A stretch of 63,554 nt of DNA, filler included, from Choristocarpus tenellus KU-1152 (Eukaryota; Protista; Phaeophyceae), in assembly GCA_964200185.2 (NCBI GenBank). It is 6 parts of 6 records of this genome, joined end to end, with 100 filler letters (N's around TTAATTAATTAA, not from the genome) between each part and the next. Parts side by side here need not be neighbours in the genome. Positions count along the whole stretch, not along the records: positions 23,726 to 28,264 come from CAXNAD020014100.1; positions 28,365 to 35,306 come from CAXNAD020007005.1; positions 35,407 to 63,554 come from CAXNAD020000131.1; 3 more parts are not named here. One strand, 5' to 3'. Shown here in pieces: positions 26,071-39,830 of this stretch. The notes beneath the pieces are model-generated. The model was not told where the DNA came from, ran no database searches, and saw only the letters and a program-made list of their open reading frames with translations. The position numbers and the translations under genes are program-made. Positions within the stretch are counted from its first letter, which is position 1. The number at the start of each line of letters is the position of its first letter.

Positions 26071-26640
26071 GGAGCCATCGAGTCACGATTAGACCTTGAC
26101 ACAACCGCTCATGTTATTACTCATACGGCACCGTGTGCATTCAAATTTATAAACCAAACGATCCTCAGCTTGAAAGAATACCTCCAAGTTTCGGTCAGGT
26201 TAATTTCTGGACAATCAGGTATAGGCTTGGTGAATGCTACAGATTCCCTTACAAAGTGGGAATCTCATATGTGTACCATATATATTCACTTTCAACCCCT
26301 GGTCAAACAACAACAAAAGGATTATTTGAACTTGCACACCTGATACAAATTGTATAGAAACATTGTACTAGAGTGTGAGCATGGCGGAAGACCCACTTGC
26401 GCAAGAGTATGTACAGAGTATAACAATTTCATATTTCAGGACCGGTCGTCTCGTTAACAAGAATGTGGAATCGTTTTTTTTTCTTTGTGGTGCCTAAAAA
26501 AAAAATCCGTTCTCGAGGGATCTTTTTTGGTAATGGCACATGCAGTGCTTCACTTCACACTCAGCCTTGCTTTCAAAATGAGGTGCCGTTGAGCATCCCA
26601 CCGTCAGTGATTTTACACTCTCTTCTCACCTATTCCACGA

Positions 26641-26694
26641 GTTAGGGTTAGGATTAGGTTTAGGATTAGGGTTGGGGTTGGGGTAGGGTAGGGT
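26641..26694 (+). repeat. Interstitial degenerate TTAGGG telomere-like tract
   Basis: gttagggttaggattaggtttaggattagggttggggttggggtagggtagggt. Confidence 0.7.
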
Positions 26695-27360
26695 GGCTTC
26701 TAGTTGATTGAATGATGAGGTTGACCCCTCTGTCCTTACATTCCAAGTCCTGGGAACGGAATAACCCGATTCTGAACAGTCACTGCTGTTTTTTTTTTTT
26801 TTTTTTTTTTTTTTGTGGTGTTTGGGGGTCCAGAAGTAGCGACTGTTTTTTTTTCTCTTGGATGTTTTTTACTTACTNNNNNNNNNNTTTTTTTTTTTTT
26901 TGTTTTTTTTTTCCCTTTGTTTTTTTTTTTTTTTTTTTTTTTTTTGGGGGGGGGGGGGAAGAAGGAAGTGGAGCATGTTTATTTCGATCGGTGATGGTTA
27001 TGAATCTGTCATCTGGTTCGACATTTTTATTATTATTCAGAAATGATTTTTTGTTTGTTTTAGTTTTAGTTGTTGATACGGCATGGTCAAGACTGAAACT
27101 GTCGATGGCGTATGTGTGTATGAGTTACATGTAGCATCCGGGGGAAGTTTACAGTGTCTTAGGGTTAGGGTTAGTCTGCCGCCTCCCAATTTCTTAGTTG
27201 ACTGAATCCCAGAACTTCAGGATTAGTTAGACGGCTTGCTGAGCTATATACGTCTGTTTTTAAATGTTGCCCTGGTTGCGTCTGAATGTTATTGTTTCTT
27301 GTTTTTTTGTTTTGTTTTGACAATAGTGGTGATGTGTCGTACCCTAGATAAAATATAAAT

Positions 27361-27550
27361 ATATACATATTTTATTCCATGTATGTATTATATTCCATAC
27401 GTGTATGTTTTATTCCATATATATATTATATTCCATACATACATATTTTATTCCATATATATATTATATTCCATACATACATATTTTATTCCATGTATAT
27501 ATTACATTCCATACATACATATTTTATTCCATATTTATATATTTTATTCT
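27361..27550 (+). repeat. AT-rich ~38-bp minisatellite (dimer of ~19-bp subunits ending attccat)
   Basis: About 5 copies of atacatattttattccatatatatattatattccatac. Confidence 0.85.
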
Positions 27551-27866
27551 TCTGTTCCAAAGTACATCCGCTCTGGTGCGTACCTACATTACATTACGGA
27601 AACCCGGATTCAAGAAGGACAGGGGGCATCAAAACTATTTTTGTGCAATGTTTTTTCTTTTTTCGTAAGTCTGTAAGAAAACTCCCCCCAATATACATGC
27701 TATGTGGTGTGTATCTGGTGGTAGTGATTAGTAGCATCACAGCTAGTATGACTATCTGCATATGTGACTAGTATCTCAACTATAATGATCTGGTGGTAGT
27801 TGAAAGCTCTTTTCCTATAGCTGCTGCTGCTGCTGCCGCTTTTGTGAGATAGGATGTGCAACTAAC

Positions 27867-28048
27867 GACCCAAATTATCTGGGGGGGGGGGTCTATACCA
27901 GGGTGTCCATTTGGACCAAAATCAGGAAAAGTGCACTTACATTATCCATCCGACATATACAACCAAATCACACAAAAATTGCGACATGAAAATATTGACC
28001 CCAAGTGGACAGCCGCCACCCCCCCCCCCTCCCCAGATACTTTGAGCC
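27867..28048 (+). mobile_element. MITE family A, full copy
   Basis: gacccaaattatctggggg...ccccagatactttgagcc, flanked by aac/aac. Confidence 0.88.
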
Positions 28049-28264
28049 AACCCTAAGCCTTGGTGACCACGACGACTGTTTAAAATGTCTTTGTCATGAT
28101 GATTGCTTCACATGAGACTCCCTCGGCCTCGAGATGGCCCCTAGTCCAATGCAAGTTACTACCAGATGACACCGTATATATTTTTGATGCTCCCCCCTCC
28201 CCCAGCCCCATGCCTGACTGCCTCTTTTCCTCGGATGTGGTTTGGTTGATGTCCTCTGTCCCCC

Positions 28265-28364
28265 NNNNNNNNNNNNNNNNNNNNNNNNNNNNNNNNNNNN
28301 NNNNNNNNTTAATTAATTAANNNNNNNNNNNNNNNNNNNNNNNNNNNNNNNNNNNNNNNNNNNN
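28265..28364. other. Artificial contig linker
   Basis: N44-TTAATTAATTAA-N44. Confidence 0.97.
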
Positions 28365-29684
28365 CCCTGCTCCATCGTCCTTTGTTGCGCCTGGCTCATA
28401 CTTTTTTTGTTTTTTTTGGGGGGGGGGGGTGCAATCAACGAAAGGACATGAAGGGATTAGGGTTTTGCCAGTTGGTTTCCGCTTGAACGAGGACCACTGG
28501 ATGGATAGGTTGAGGGTAGGGGAGGCTGCAGTGTTACAACAGGGTGTTTGATCTCATCATCTGGTTTTGACTAGCCATGCCTCCTATTCTTAAACAAGTG
28601 TCCTAAGGAGTACCTAAAGACAGGTACGTGCTAGCAGTCGATAAATGCAGTTGCAATCGAGGAAACAACCGTTGCTCGAACAATACTGTAGTAATTTGCA
28701 GCGAAAGAGGTACACAATAGCACCTGAGAAACGGGGTCTCTACCACCTTGTTCGACATGTAAAGGTACATTATCAGTGGTGCAGGAAAAGGAGAACGCAT
28801 GGTTCACTAGACAGACCTGCCACACAAGGCATTGCATCCTTCATCTGTGCAGGGAGACATAATTCCCAATATCATAAGATGTACACGATCCCTACCAGGA
28901 CGACAGACCACTGCGTTGATTCCCGCGAACATTCTCGCTCGGATCTCGAATCACAGATAAGCCGGTTTTCCCTCGAATCCCACTCCTCTAGATGTAGCAG
29001 ACAACCGAAGGTAGTGAATTGTGAATTGTAGGTAAGAGGATTTGACAACGATACAGAAGGTGCATAAAGGAAGTCTTTTTTAAACGAAATCCAAGTTGAG
29101 TATTAGAAACACTACTTACCACTAGTATAATTGTAGTATTGTGGGTGATATTGGCGTTTACTCTAAGGTATACCTTTCACATCCCTATCCTTGGAAACAA
29201 AAATAATATATACTATAATAATATTATATATAATGTAGTAGTATTAAGTGCGGTTCTGTATCGGCTCTGATAAAGTCCATGTCCCGGGTTCGAGGCATGG
29301 CGTGAGTACAGCTGTTAAGGAGCCTGGTTCTGTGTGATGGGATGTGATGAGAACCACCAGAGATGAGGTTCAGAAAGGAAGTGAAACATGAGACTGAGGC
29401 ATGCTGGCCGTATGTTGATAGCCTCAGAGTGCCATGTGGATCAATCTGCAATGTGATTGGTTTTGTACAGTCAGAGAACAGAAAACACAATCTCGGGCTT
29501 TGCTGGTTTGAATATATCGTTCATGTCAGGGTTACCACGAGCCAGTCGTGTGCGTCTGACCCACACCACATCAGTTGGCCAGCCTCAAAATGACAAAAAA
29601 AGGTACGCGCGCAAATGTATATATAACTGCACGTATTATTCTCATCAATAGTGGGAGATCCCAAAGAGGCGACCTGTCCCTCAA

Positions 29685-29742
<58 letters not shown>
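29685..29742 (+). repeat. (TAG)n microsatellite
   Basis: About 19 perfect tag units. Confidence 0.95.
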
Positions 29743-31643
29743 TTCTAACAGAGCATTGGCGGGCCCCATTCACTTTTCATTTTGGTCGGATGGAGAAGAA
29801 AAGATATTTCGATCCGCATACATGGTGGTGTTCTCGGTATGACTTTGCAATTCTTAGTTGATTGAAAGGGCCTTATGTGTATATAACAGGTCATCCCATT
29901 CCTGACACTATTAGTAGGGACATGCAGGACCAGAAGGAATTGAAGCATTATCAAGACTAGTTGGTAGGCTTACAGGAGAAGGGTGTTGAAGCATCTGCAG
30001 GAGAAAGAACGTGTTACTGATATTTCGTTCAATATGCTGGAAGAGGAGTTCAACCGTACTTGGACTGTGATAGCCGTCGACGGACCTGGGGAAAGTTCAT
30101 GGAGGTGAGACGAAGCAGGACAACATATTTTAGTGTACATCAAATTCGCTGAGTAATAACACTTAACTGCTCCTATGATGTTGAGGAAAAACGCTATGTT
30201 CGTAAACGGATAGTAGACGATTACCACACGGATGACCCATGAATATATTCCATAATCGCACACACTGCAACAACCAAACCAAGTTTGCACTGATATTGAT
30301 CCCCAAACTTGTAACGACAGAGTACTATCATGAGCCTGGCCAAAAAAGGCACTGTAGGGTCGAACACACTCTACGTACAATTCATGAGGAAGTTACAGCC
30401 CGACGATGAGAAGGGTTGGGGTGCCCTTAAAAAGAGTGTCACGAAGAACTTCAAAACGTAGATCGAACAAAAATTCTGTTCCGTGGCAACGGCAACTGTT
30501 GCCCTTCTAAATCTGACCTTCGACGGCGAGTTGCATGTCTTTCAAGCGTAATCTTGAGGTATGGGTACATACACTAGTTGCTACGATATGGAAATCGTAT
30601 TGTACACGCATACTATAGAGTAAGACACACGAAAATGTAAGATTCAAGTTCTGCCATCACGATGTTCAACTTCCTCTATCCTATTCCTCTACGCCTCCTA
30701 CACATGTACACACAGACATATTATGAGTTGTCCACAACCATCATCGCACAAAATTGCAAAACTTCGAGAATTTGAAGGGTATATTTTAATTGTCTTTCTT
30801 TCCCCCAATTGTGGGAACGTACAAGGTGGGCTGGTCTGTCGAAGACTCTCAGGATTCCACAGGTCGCGGGTCTCAGTCTGTGGACTGTGCACAGCTTCGT
30901 ATCTTAATTCATGATATGGAAACTTTTATATGATTTGTACTCGTCTCTATACAATCCGCTGGTAACACCACTGTAAAGTTAGTGCTTGGTCTCTAATAAG
31001 ATACGCAAACTCCACACTCCATTCCCTATTTTGTGCACCTGACCCATGAATTCAAGACTCTCTTGAGCTCTTCCTCCGCTACAAAAACATTGTTGTAGGC
31101 TGACATAAGGAAAAATTATGGGATTCTTAATTCAGAATATACTGAAGTTTTTACGACGGTGGAGTGAGTGGTCAAAACTTCTCCCCGACCTGAGTCGACA
31201 AGCTCATCATCATAGACGAGCACGAACTATCGAAGGAACAAACTGAAGAGTATCTGTGGAGGGGGGGTGGACATATAGAGAAATTGACCGTTATGCAGGA
31301 TGGTAAGAAGGGGGAGAGAATCCATCGCCTGTGTAGGTTGTAGAGAATTCCCAAGGGCAAATGTTAGAGGTGATTAGGATATGTATTCCTTCTCCCACTC
31401 TAACTAGTGCGAGCAGTAATTGTTCGCGCGGACAACCCAAAAAGGAATGTTCGAATTCGCTATAGTACATTATAAAATCTTTACATTGAGCATAAGGCAG
31501 TAGTTTTCAGTCGTATACCTGCTTCTGAAAGCTTGACCCTCTCACGACTGATATCGTGACACACACACACACACACCTTGTCAGATCTGATCCGATCCAT
31601 TATCGTACATTTGCCCTGAGAATAGCTGTATCTTCATCTGTCA

Positions 31644-31830
31644 GGCTCAAAGCATCTGAGGGGGGAGGGGGAGGGGGGTCTACATCAGGGTGTCCATTCG
31701 GGCCCTGACCAGGAAAAGTGCACTTACATTATCCATCCGACGCATCCAACAAAATCACCCAAAAATCGCGATATGGAGAAATGGGCCCCGAATGGACAGC
31801 TCCCACCCCCCCTCCTAGATATTTTGGTCA
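31644..31830 (+). mobile_element. MITE family A, full copy
   Basis: ggctcaaagcatctgaggggg...cctagatattttggtca; flanks tca/tca, boundary slightly ambiguous. Confidence 0.8.
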
Positions 31831-32375
31831 TCAAGCTGTTGATAAATGACAGACACCTTGTACGTGCCTCGACTTCTGGTTAAAGCCTTGTGGATTGGAG
31901 CTACACGTCCAGTGAAGGTAAGCTGTGGAACATTTTGTATCATAAAGATATCATGAGGCAAGGAGGGGTTACATCGGGTCAGTACAAGGATGCTTCTGAC
32001 AGGAAAAAATGTTCACAAGGAAAAGACCGCAAATTTGATTAACGTAAAGAAGAGTGAGTGAAGAGAAGGAGGGGATGATCGCAACGAATTTGAACCTGAC
32101 ATAGGGGTCACGGGAAAGGGTCCAATGTCAATTATGGGTGTCAGACCATAGAGCAAAACAACAGGACCCCTAGTCTTGTATTTAATATATTTTCCTCTCA
32201 CCCAGCCTATGCGTTTCATGGGATTGCAACCAACTTTACCCACGACACTTGCCATGGGTATCATTAGGTTTTCCAATCAAATAATAATGGAATGGTGATA
32301 TGTACTCGGCACATGCCGTGTGCTTGAAACCCTCTAACCATATTTTTCCTCCTTGTCGAGGAGGAGGCTCTAACC

Positions 32376-32455
32376 TGTAAATGCACTTTTCCCGATTTTG
32401 AGCCAAATGGACACCCTCGTGTAGACCCCCCCCCCCCTCCCAGATACTCTGGATC
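32376..32455 (-). mobile_element. MITE family A, left half in reverse orientation
   Basis: tgtaaatgcacttttccc...ccaaatggacaccctcgtgtagacccc...cagatactctggatc. Confidence 0.8.
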
Positions 32456-34329
32456 AGGGAGGGTTCAGAATCTGTCGCACAGTCTTACAGAAAATCACAA
32501 GCTAGTGAGAGGGGACGTAGTATTCTAAAAGCTATGGGAGAGGGGGACAAACGGACAGTGTTTGAGACGAGAAAAAGGGACCGTTTTTCACTGGTGGAGC
32601 AGAGAGGAGCCTCAAGAGGAAGGAGGGTAAAGAAGAATGCGAACTCAGGGAAGCTCTTAAGGAACTCCCTAGTGTACTACTTCTGAACGTAATATAAAAA
32701 TTTGCTCGAGAATTGAGACTCAATTCATGAAAAATAGATGTCCAGGAATTCCACCTCAAGAGCGTAAGGAGAGTCTCCCTATTATATTGCCTATTTTACG
32801 TTATAATTTATTTTTTCCTTTATTGTCGTATTGTCGCTTCTACCATTCTTACAATTGTTCGTACATTGTTCCTACCATGCGTTTTGGGAGTCCTTCTTGC
32901 CATTATTCACATATTTTTCCTGATTGCAACAATTTTTCCCTGTTCTTTTCTCCTCTGAAACTCTTGATAGTTTACACATACAACCTCTTCCAACCCTTAA
33001 AGTATCTCCCGACTCGTGTATGGATAGGGGTGATAATTAAAAGGACAATATCAAATGTTGTAGAGGAGTGTTTTTTTAAGGAGGGGGCGACCATACAACC
33101 TTAAAACACCATGGTCAAGACAGTCAATTCCTATCCATCAATTCATATACAAGAGTAAATATGTTACAACATGCTCCAGAACTCACCTCCACAGGATGCG
33201 TAACTCAAATTTAACGACCTTAAAACGACCATATACGGGGGGATTTCCACAATTGATAGCCACGGATGGGTGTCAACTACTCTTCTCTCGATGTTTCACT
33301 CAGTGCTTAGCTCAATGCTCGAATTGAAGTTTTAATCGAAAATATAGAGAATGAATCAAGACGTACTTTGGTGGCACTCAAAGTATTCTTTATTTGCATC
33401 ATCCACCCGATTTCTACAGACTACAAATTGAAAGACACCTGCCAACGGTCGTATACGTACTCAAATTACAACTCTTTATTCTGCAACTCCCAGGAATTTA
33501 CGTCTATTCTGTGAGGTTATGCATGCATTTCGAATCTTACTCTGCATCTTCTATCAATTCAAAGTTCCTCTTGTATGAATTCTTACGTATGTATACTGTT
33601 CGCGCATGTTGACACGCAGAAAGAAATGCTCGCGCTATTCACCTGTAACAAATATGGATTATACCAACTAATAACTCTTGCATACTGACTCTGCGTATAT
33701 ATAGTAGTATTTATCTCCGATACAGTTAGGAGAGTCTATTCGAACATCAACAACCCATGTTTCCCACCCTTGTCTTGTGGCGGTATCCATCAGCATAGGT
33801 CGAAATGATTATCATGGGGGGAGAGAGAGGAGTAGAGCTGCAATATTACTCACTTTGGATGTTGCAATGACTGAATTATAACAACATATTGGCGAAGAAG
33901 TACAGTGTCATAATCTGACATTACATTCACAATGACAGCATTGACCTAATCTTTGGAAAAGGAGGTACATCAATCTTGAAATTTTCCGTACTTGTTTTGA
34001 TCATACGTGAAAATGTAGTGTAATATCTACAATCCCCTTCAATTGCTTCTTAACATTTACGATGAACAGTTATTTCTCTTTATTGGAAGTTCCACAAACA
34101 CTTGCAAATTTGGAAGTTCATTCACATACTAGTTATTATATACATTCTCCAATGCCACCCCCCTCCTTACTAGCAACATCATATTCCACATGTTTATTCC
34201 TCCCTTCATGACAAAATTTATCATTCACTCTTTACTTATTCCCCTACGAAAACGCTGAACGCAAGAATCCCTGTTGAGCCGAAACTAAACGAGATGTATT
34301 GAGAGTTTCATTTTAAGGATGCTCAAAAA

Positions 34330-34582
34330 GACCCAAACCATTTAAGGGGGTAGGAGTTTGCACTGTTTGTCCGTTCGGGGCTTAGCATCCCAAGGGTTCT
34401 TTATGCTCTTTTTGGGGTTTTCTGTATAAACACAGCTACCTAAAATGTTAGCGACTATAAAAGGTGTGTCAGGAGGTAGGATATTGACACTTGCTAACAA
34501 ACACGATAGCCAAAATTAATCAAAATCACAACATTGGATTATGATCCTGAATGGACACGACCCTACTCTCTTAATTTTTGTC
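34330..34582 (+). mobile_element. MITE family B, diverged variant
   Basis: gacccaaaccatttaagggggtaggagtttgcactgtttgtcc...gatagccaaaattaatcaaaatcacaacattggatt...ctactctctt. Confidence 0.75.
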
Positions 34583-35306
34583 CAATAATTGTGTCAAAAA
34601 TACGTTCAAAATTTGTCTTTTTCTACAAATGCGTATAGGATGTTTTTTGAATTCTGAATAGAGGTCTCAAACAGAGAACCCAATACTCTCAAGTCAAACT
34701 TAGCACTTCATCCATGGAAATATGGATGAATTTTATAAAAGGGAAAACTGCCTTAAAATGCAAAACGGCCAAAACCTGGATACAATCTCTCGATTACTTT
34801 GGCTCACCTTACAAAGTGATTCATAGTTGCATGTCTGGAACTTGATAATTGTAATCGTCCCTTATCCCTCTTTCACATTCTCCTTTTGTGGTCTTTCTCA
34901 TAATCATGAACATGACATACCCCAAGCTCCATACGTTGCCATTCCCAATACTTTATTGTGGGTGTCTGGAGAATTTTACATTGCTACAATTGAATGTTAA
35001 AATATAGGTTACTAACCTTTTGTCGTAATTGATACAATATAGTATTACCAGTTCATACTGACTGTTGATTCGCACATTGGTGTTGAAATATCCCACACTG
35101 GACCCACGGCTTTGGTGCTTTAAGGAAGGACAAAGAACAGCTTAATGTAGATGAGCAAAGTTAATATTACAAGGGGCCTTATGGTCTCAATTCCTCTGAC
35201 TGAGAAGGTGGGTGAGACCAGTGCAGACTACCATGTGGGATTTGCAACGTCCACATGGATAATCAGAAAAGAATCGTATCTACTTACCATACGTGCCATA
35301 TATGAT

Positions 35307-35406
35307 NNNNNNNNNNNNNNNNNNNNNNNNNNNNNNNNNNNNNNNNNNNNTTAATTAATTAANNNNNNNNNNNNNNNNNNNNNNNNNNNNNNNNNNNNNN
35401 NNNNNN
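35307..35406. other. Artificial contig linker
   Basis: N44-TTAATTAATTAA-N44. Confidence 0.97.
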
Positions 35407-36480
35407 CCGCTCCTCCCTCAATTTTGCGAATCCCCTGTTCAATGTATGTATATACACCAAGTAACATCTCTACGATGGGAATTGTCTCCCAGGATCAATG
35501 AAAACCTCGTACACAATATCTTCAAACTGAGATCAGATGAGAGCAGCCAGTAATGATCTCAGAACTTGTAGGGAAAAAGTCTATTCAGAGATGAAAAGAC
35601 TGAGTCATACTGCGTACAAGATGGAGATGCCTCAACAATCTTGGACTGGCAAAATACAAGCCCCACCAATATTCAACAATAACAACAGTAATTTTGCTTC
35701 CTTGGGGCAAGTGAGATTGCTATAGGACTCTTGTGAAAAAAACAATCTGCCCCACATGAAGACACCCATCTATGTTGGTACTGTAGCCTCATAAATATCT
35801 TGCCAAGGGGTCAGTTCTACTATGTATGGAGTCCTGTGGTTGACCTGTCCTCACCTGTCAAAAGTTGAATCTCTGAAGGGCTGTTCAACTATTGGTGATT
35901 GTGGTGTACTTGAACAAGAACAGTAACAGCTAGGATTTGATCGCATCACCAAGAGAGGATTATAGTCATAATGCACAGCAGTGACATGCAACTCACCCAT
36001 AAATTGTCAAATCCATTCCTTGTTTTTATGTGCATCTTTCATTGCAAACGATGATTAACACATCAACAGGTAGGAGGAAGGGCAATGCCACAGATGGCAT
36101 TTGTTGCTTGAACTAGCACACATACATATAATGTGATGGACAGACAGCAACAATGCTCCTGGGCATCCAAGCTTCTTTACAATAAAGTTCAGTTTAGGTG
36201 GGAATGACCAAGACTCATCAGATATACCCACAACCCTAACCCTAACCATAACCACACCAGACACATCCACTACTATCAAAGGAAAAGATAGATAAATATC
36301 TAAGGAGGCATCCATTGCCTTCTCATAACTCACATGGGGAACTCATTGCCCCTACTGTACCAGGTGTTAGATACTACTAGTAATACTAGCAATAGTATGT
36401 TATAGTTATATAATCCACAAAATCAATGCATATAATCAAATGCACTTAACACTATACAGCATGACAGGATGGTAGTATAG

Positions 36481-38500
36481 TTATGACGGTCCTCGACGTT
36501 CCATTTGTCGGCGGGAAGTGAGAGTGTTGTTGATGTTGTTGTTGACAGTGTTGTGTGATGATGTATCTGACAATGATGACAATGTTGATGTTCTCTGGAC
36601 ACTCTCACTCCCTGACTCAAAGGGTTGTCTTGACTGTGCCTAGAACCAGGGCAGGCAGTGTTGGTAAAAAAGGGAAGGAAGCAGTGTAGGATATGAAGTA
36701 ACATTCACCCTATCACAGTATCAATGATTTGTACCTTCTGAAGGGTGATAGTGAGTTTAATTCTAGTTGCACACATGACAGACATATATGTCCAACACAG
36801 AGGCATGAGAGACACAAGACATTAAACACAAAAAACCTTAAATTCCACAATATATTTTTTTAAAGGTATATTATATTTTTTTTGTATGGAAAACTCAAGG
36901 GGCTCACACGATTTTGAACTAATCATTGTCGGGTACTGACTCAAAAGCCCTGTTAAATAGTATTACATTATTGAGTTTTCTATGGCTAATATAATATAAT
37001 AGGGTCAGCAAACAGTGTTAAGGAACATTTGGAACAAACACAATTGCCAACAGAAATGCAGCTATTATTATTCACTTATTGTACATGCCAAAAAACCCCA
37101 AAAAACATCCAAGGGAAGTGACTTCACCTCAGGGCAGTTACGAAGTTGTCTTCTTGGTACATACAGTACATATTAGGTACATATAAAAAGTGTAGCTGAC
37201 CGTAATAAAATATAAATAAAATTGACATCCAGTGTTGAAAACAAATCATTTACCACAGGCAGGTGGCAACCAAGGGGGTTGTTGTATCAATTTAAATCAA
37301 TTTAATTTAAGTTACATGAAATGTTTAAAACTAATGCACACCCTAACATACAAGAATACTTGATGGCAAGATACTGTCCCAAAAGGGTGAAAAATCCATT
37401 GTGCATAGACAAACCCTAACCCTCCACCTACAATCTCAAGCCCCCCACCCTCAACTCCTGTACAATAATACAAGGAACGAATGATGCAGGCACATACTGT
37501 CACCATGGATATGCCCCTCCCCCTTTCCCCTCTGACATTGATTTCATTGCATTGCCTTCAAAGATAAATATACTTCAAATATGATCTGTGAATAAATGAA
37601 AACTGCTCTGGGAGGATAACCCTAATCCTAAAATCCAACTCATGACAGATAGCGTGCCTAAAACTGTTTTTAAAGGAATATTCTTACCAACACAGCCCCT
37701 GCAATAATACACTTTTTATAATTTATGTTTTTTACCCAGCAATGCAACTAAAATATGATAATAAAAATTAGATAATAAATATGACAATTAAAATATGAGG
37801 GCAACTCTTCCACGATCATAAAGGTACAAACATGTGGTACCTGGTCCCCACTGTGATGCTGCCTGTACCAATGAGTCCAAGGTGGTAGGTGTACCACATT
37901 GGGCATAATGGGCACAATGGCTAGTTCACATTGGTAAATCAGAACTAAAAAAAAAAAGGTGATGTTTCTGTATCAATGTAATCAAATTGCTGGTGACTCA
38001 GTCCCAACACTGAAACAAATGGACATGCCATGAACATGTCGCCAGAGGTATCTATTATGTTTATTTATGGAAAAAATGATGTGATCAGAGAAATGAACCA
38101 ATAAAGCAATTGCATCCCAAGCACCATTCAGGATGAGCGTGTTCATTACTGCAGTTGTAGTGTTTGGTATGGCACTTGTTCTCACATTGTTATTGTCCAC
38201 AACCCTGTGCTGGTCACCACTTGAGTCCAAACGTGCATCCCCACTGTGAGCAGTTCCAACAACAACAACAGACTTGCAGCCACGACAAAGAGAAGCTTGC
38301 TGTGTTTCTATCATCTTGTATGCCACCTGGAATTAACATTAACATTAACATTATAATATCAGAAACAAACTACATATATATATAGTACAGACATCAGATA
38401 CCATACACCTCAGTCAACAGAGTGTGCATTGCCTTTTAATATCAACATAATTTTATTGCTTTGTGCTCATTTTATTTTCTTACAAATTGGTATAAAAAAG

Positions 38501-38538
<38 letters not shown>

Positions 38539-39830
38539 CATTATCTTATTTTCCTCCAATTGGCCTATTAATAGCACTCTCTTCCAATCTATGGTACAGC
38601 TTATATGGTACATGTAGAAATTAAAGATTAACACGATCATCAAATACAATAGCAACCTCAACACCTAATCACGTCAAACATCAACCACTACATTTTATTT
38701 GTTGTATTTGAATTTTCACTGATGTTAAATTGGTATTAAATTGGTATGGTATTGGTAGCATCCAAATGACTTATCACAAAGTACACAAAGCTTCAAAGCC
38801 GACATGTCGATGACATTTGAGTGCTACTAGACCTTGTGCTGATTTGTTCAATATTACTATAACACCAAGAAATAATGTTTTGCAATCTGTCTACTCCTGT
38901 ACTTGACGTTGTCCATCCAAAGACATACCTTTTCTACCACATACAGACCTGTGGTCCCCTACGATAAAGTATGATATTGATGAATAATAATGGTAAATAT
39001 AACTTTGTTCATATTTATTTCTACGCATTTGAGTGAAAGTACCTTAGAGGGTACGAGTTTTCCCCTGTTTGTCCATTTGGGGCTTGGCTTTTTATGGTGT
39101 TTTTTATGACATTTTCCTACTCCCAAGTATTTCGGAGTGGGCAAAATGTGTATGTTATGAAAGGTGTGTCCGGAACCATGATGTTGACACTTCCTAACAA
39201 ACATGATAGCCAAAATTACATCGAAATGGCAAACTGGATTATGGCCCCCAAATGGACGCGGCTCTACCCTCTAAGGTTTGGCTCATTTCTCACACTTCAC
39301 CTTGGGACTTGGGACTACACACTGCTTCACTACTGAAGTTCAACAAAACTAGAAATGGGTAATTCGAAAATACAAGAAAGTACAAGAGATTGCTTTTCTA
39401 CTGTGTACTTCGGTGTGCGGAATAAAGAAAAACACAGAAACAAAACCGAACTTCCTCTACTTCCACATGATCACGATTGCTTCAATCCTTTCGTAGTAAA
39501 TATCAGAGTCGGACCATAAAAAAAGGTGGGTTGACCTCACCTTGATATGGAAGCAATGTGTATGGAGTGAGGGGGTGAGATAGACTGAAACTACGAGATT
39601 GATAACGTGACCCAGAGACTATCAGAACAAGAATGTGCTTTGCACTACTTCTCAGACCAAGGACTATCTATTGCACTATGACTAATCGTACTTCTGTTTC
39701 TGCCTTGCTTGTTGCGTGTTAAGTTCAGCATTCCCACCCCTCGTCGCTCCATCTATCTCCTCCCTCGAATCTTCTTCTGAACCTATTCCAAAGTTTCCAC
39801 CTCGATCTTGGTCTGGTGTTTTTGTGGTAT
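36481..39830 (-). CDS. Tentative multi-exon hypothetical gene with a CxxC...CxxC motif; start unresolved
   Basis: Phase-consistent GT-AG chain: (..39692), 39590-39541, 38948-38929, 38326-38186, 37920-37841, 37531-37421, 37152-37128, 36639-36481 (TAA). It encodes ...YTLLPYQG|LYVVEK|VAYKMIETQQASLCRGCK...NNN|PLCPLCPMWYTYHLGLIGTGSITV... No family recognised. Confidence 0.4.
39031..39284 (+). mobile_element. MITE family B, full copy
   Basis: gagtgaaagtaccttagagggta...taccctctaaggtttggctc with a 4-bp duplication attt/attt. Confidence 0.88.

Noticed and set aside
27379-27771. Tyr/Ile-rich ORFs
   Set aside because: Products of the AT-rich minisatellite.
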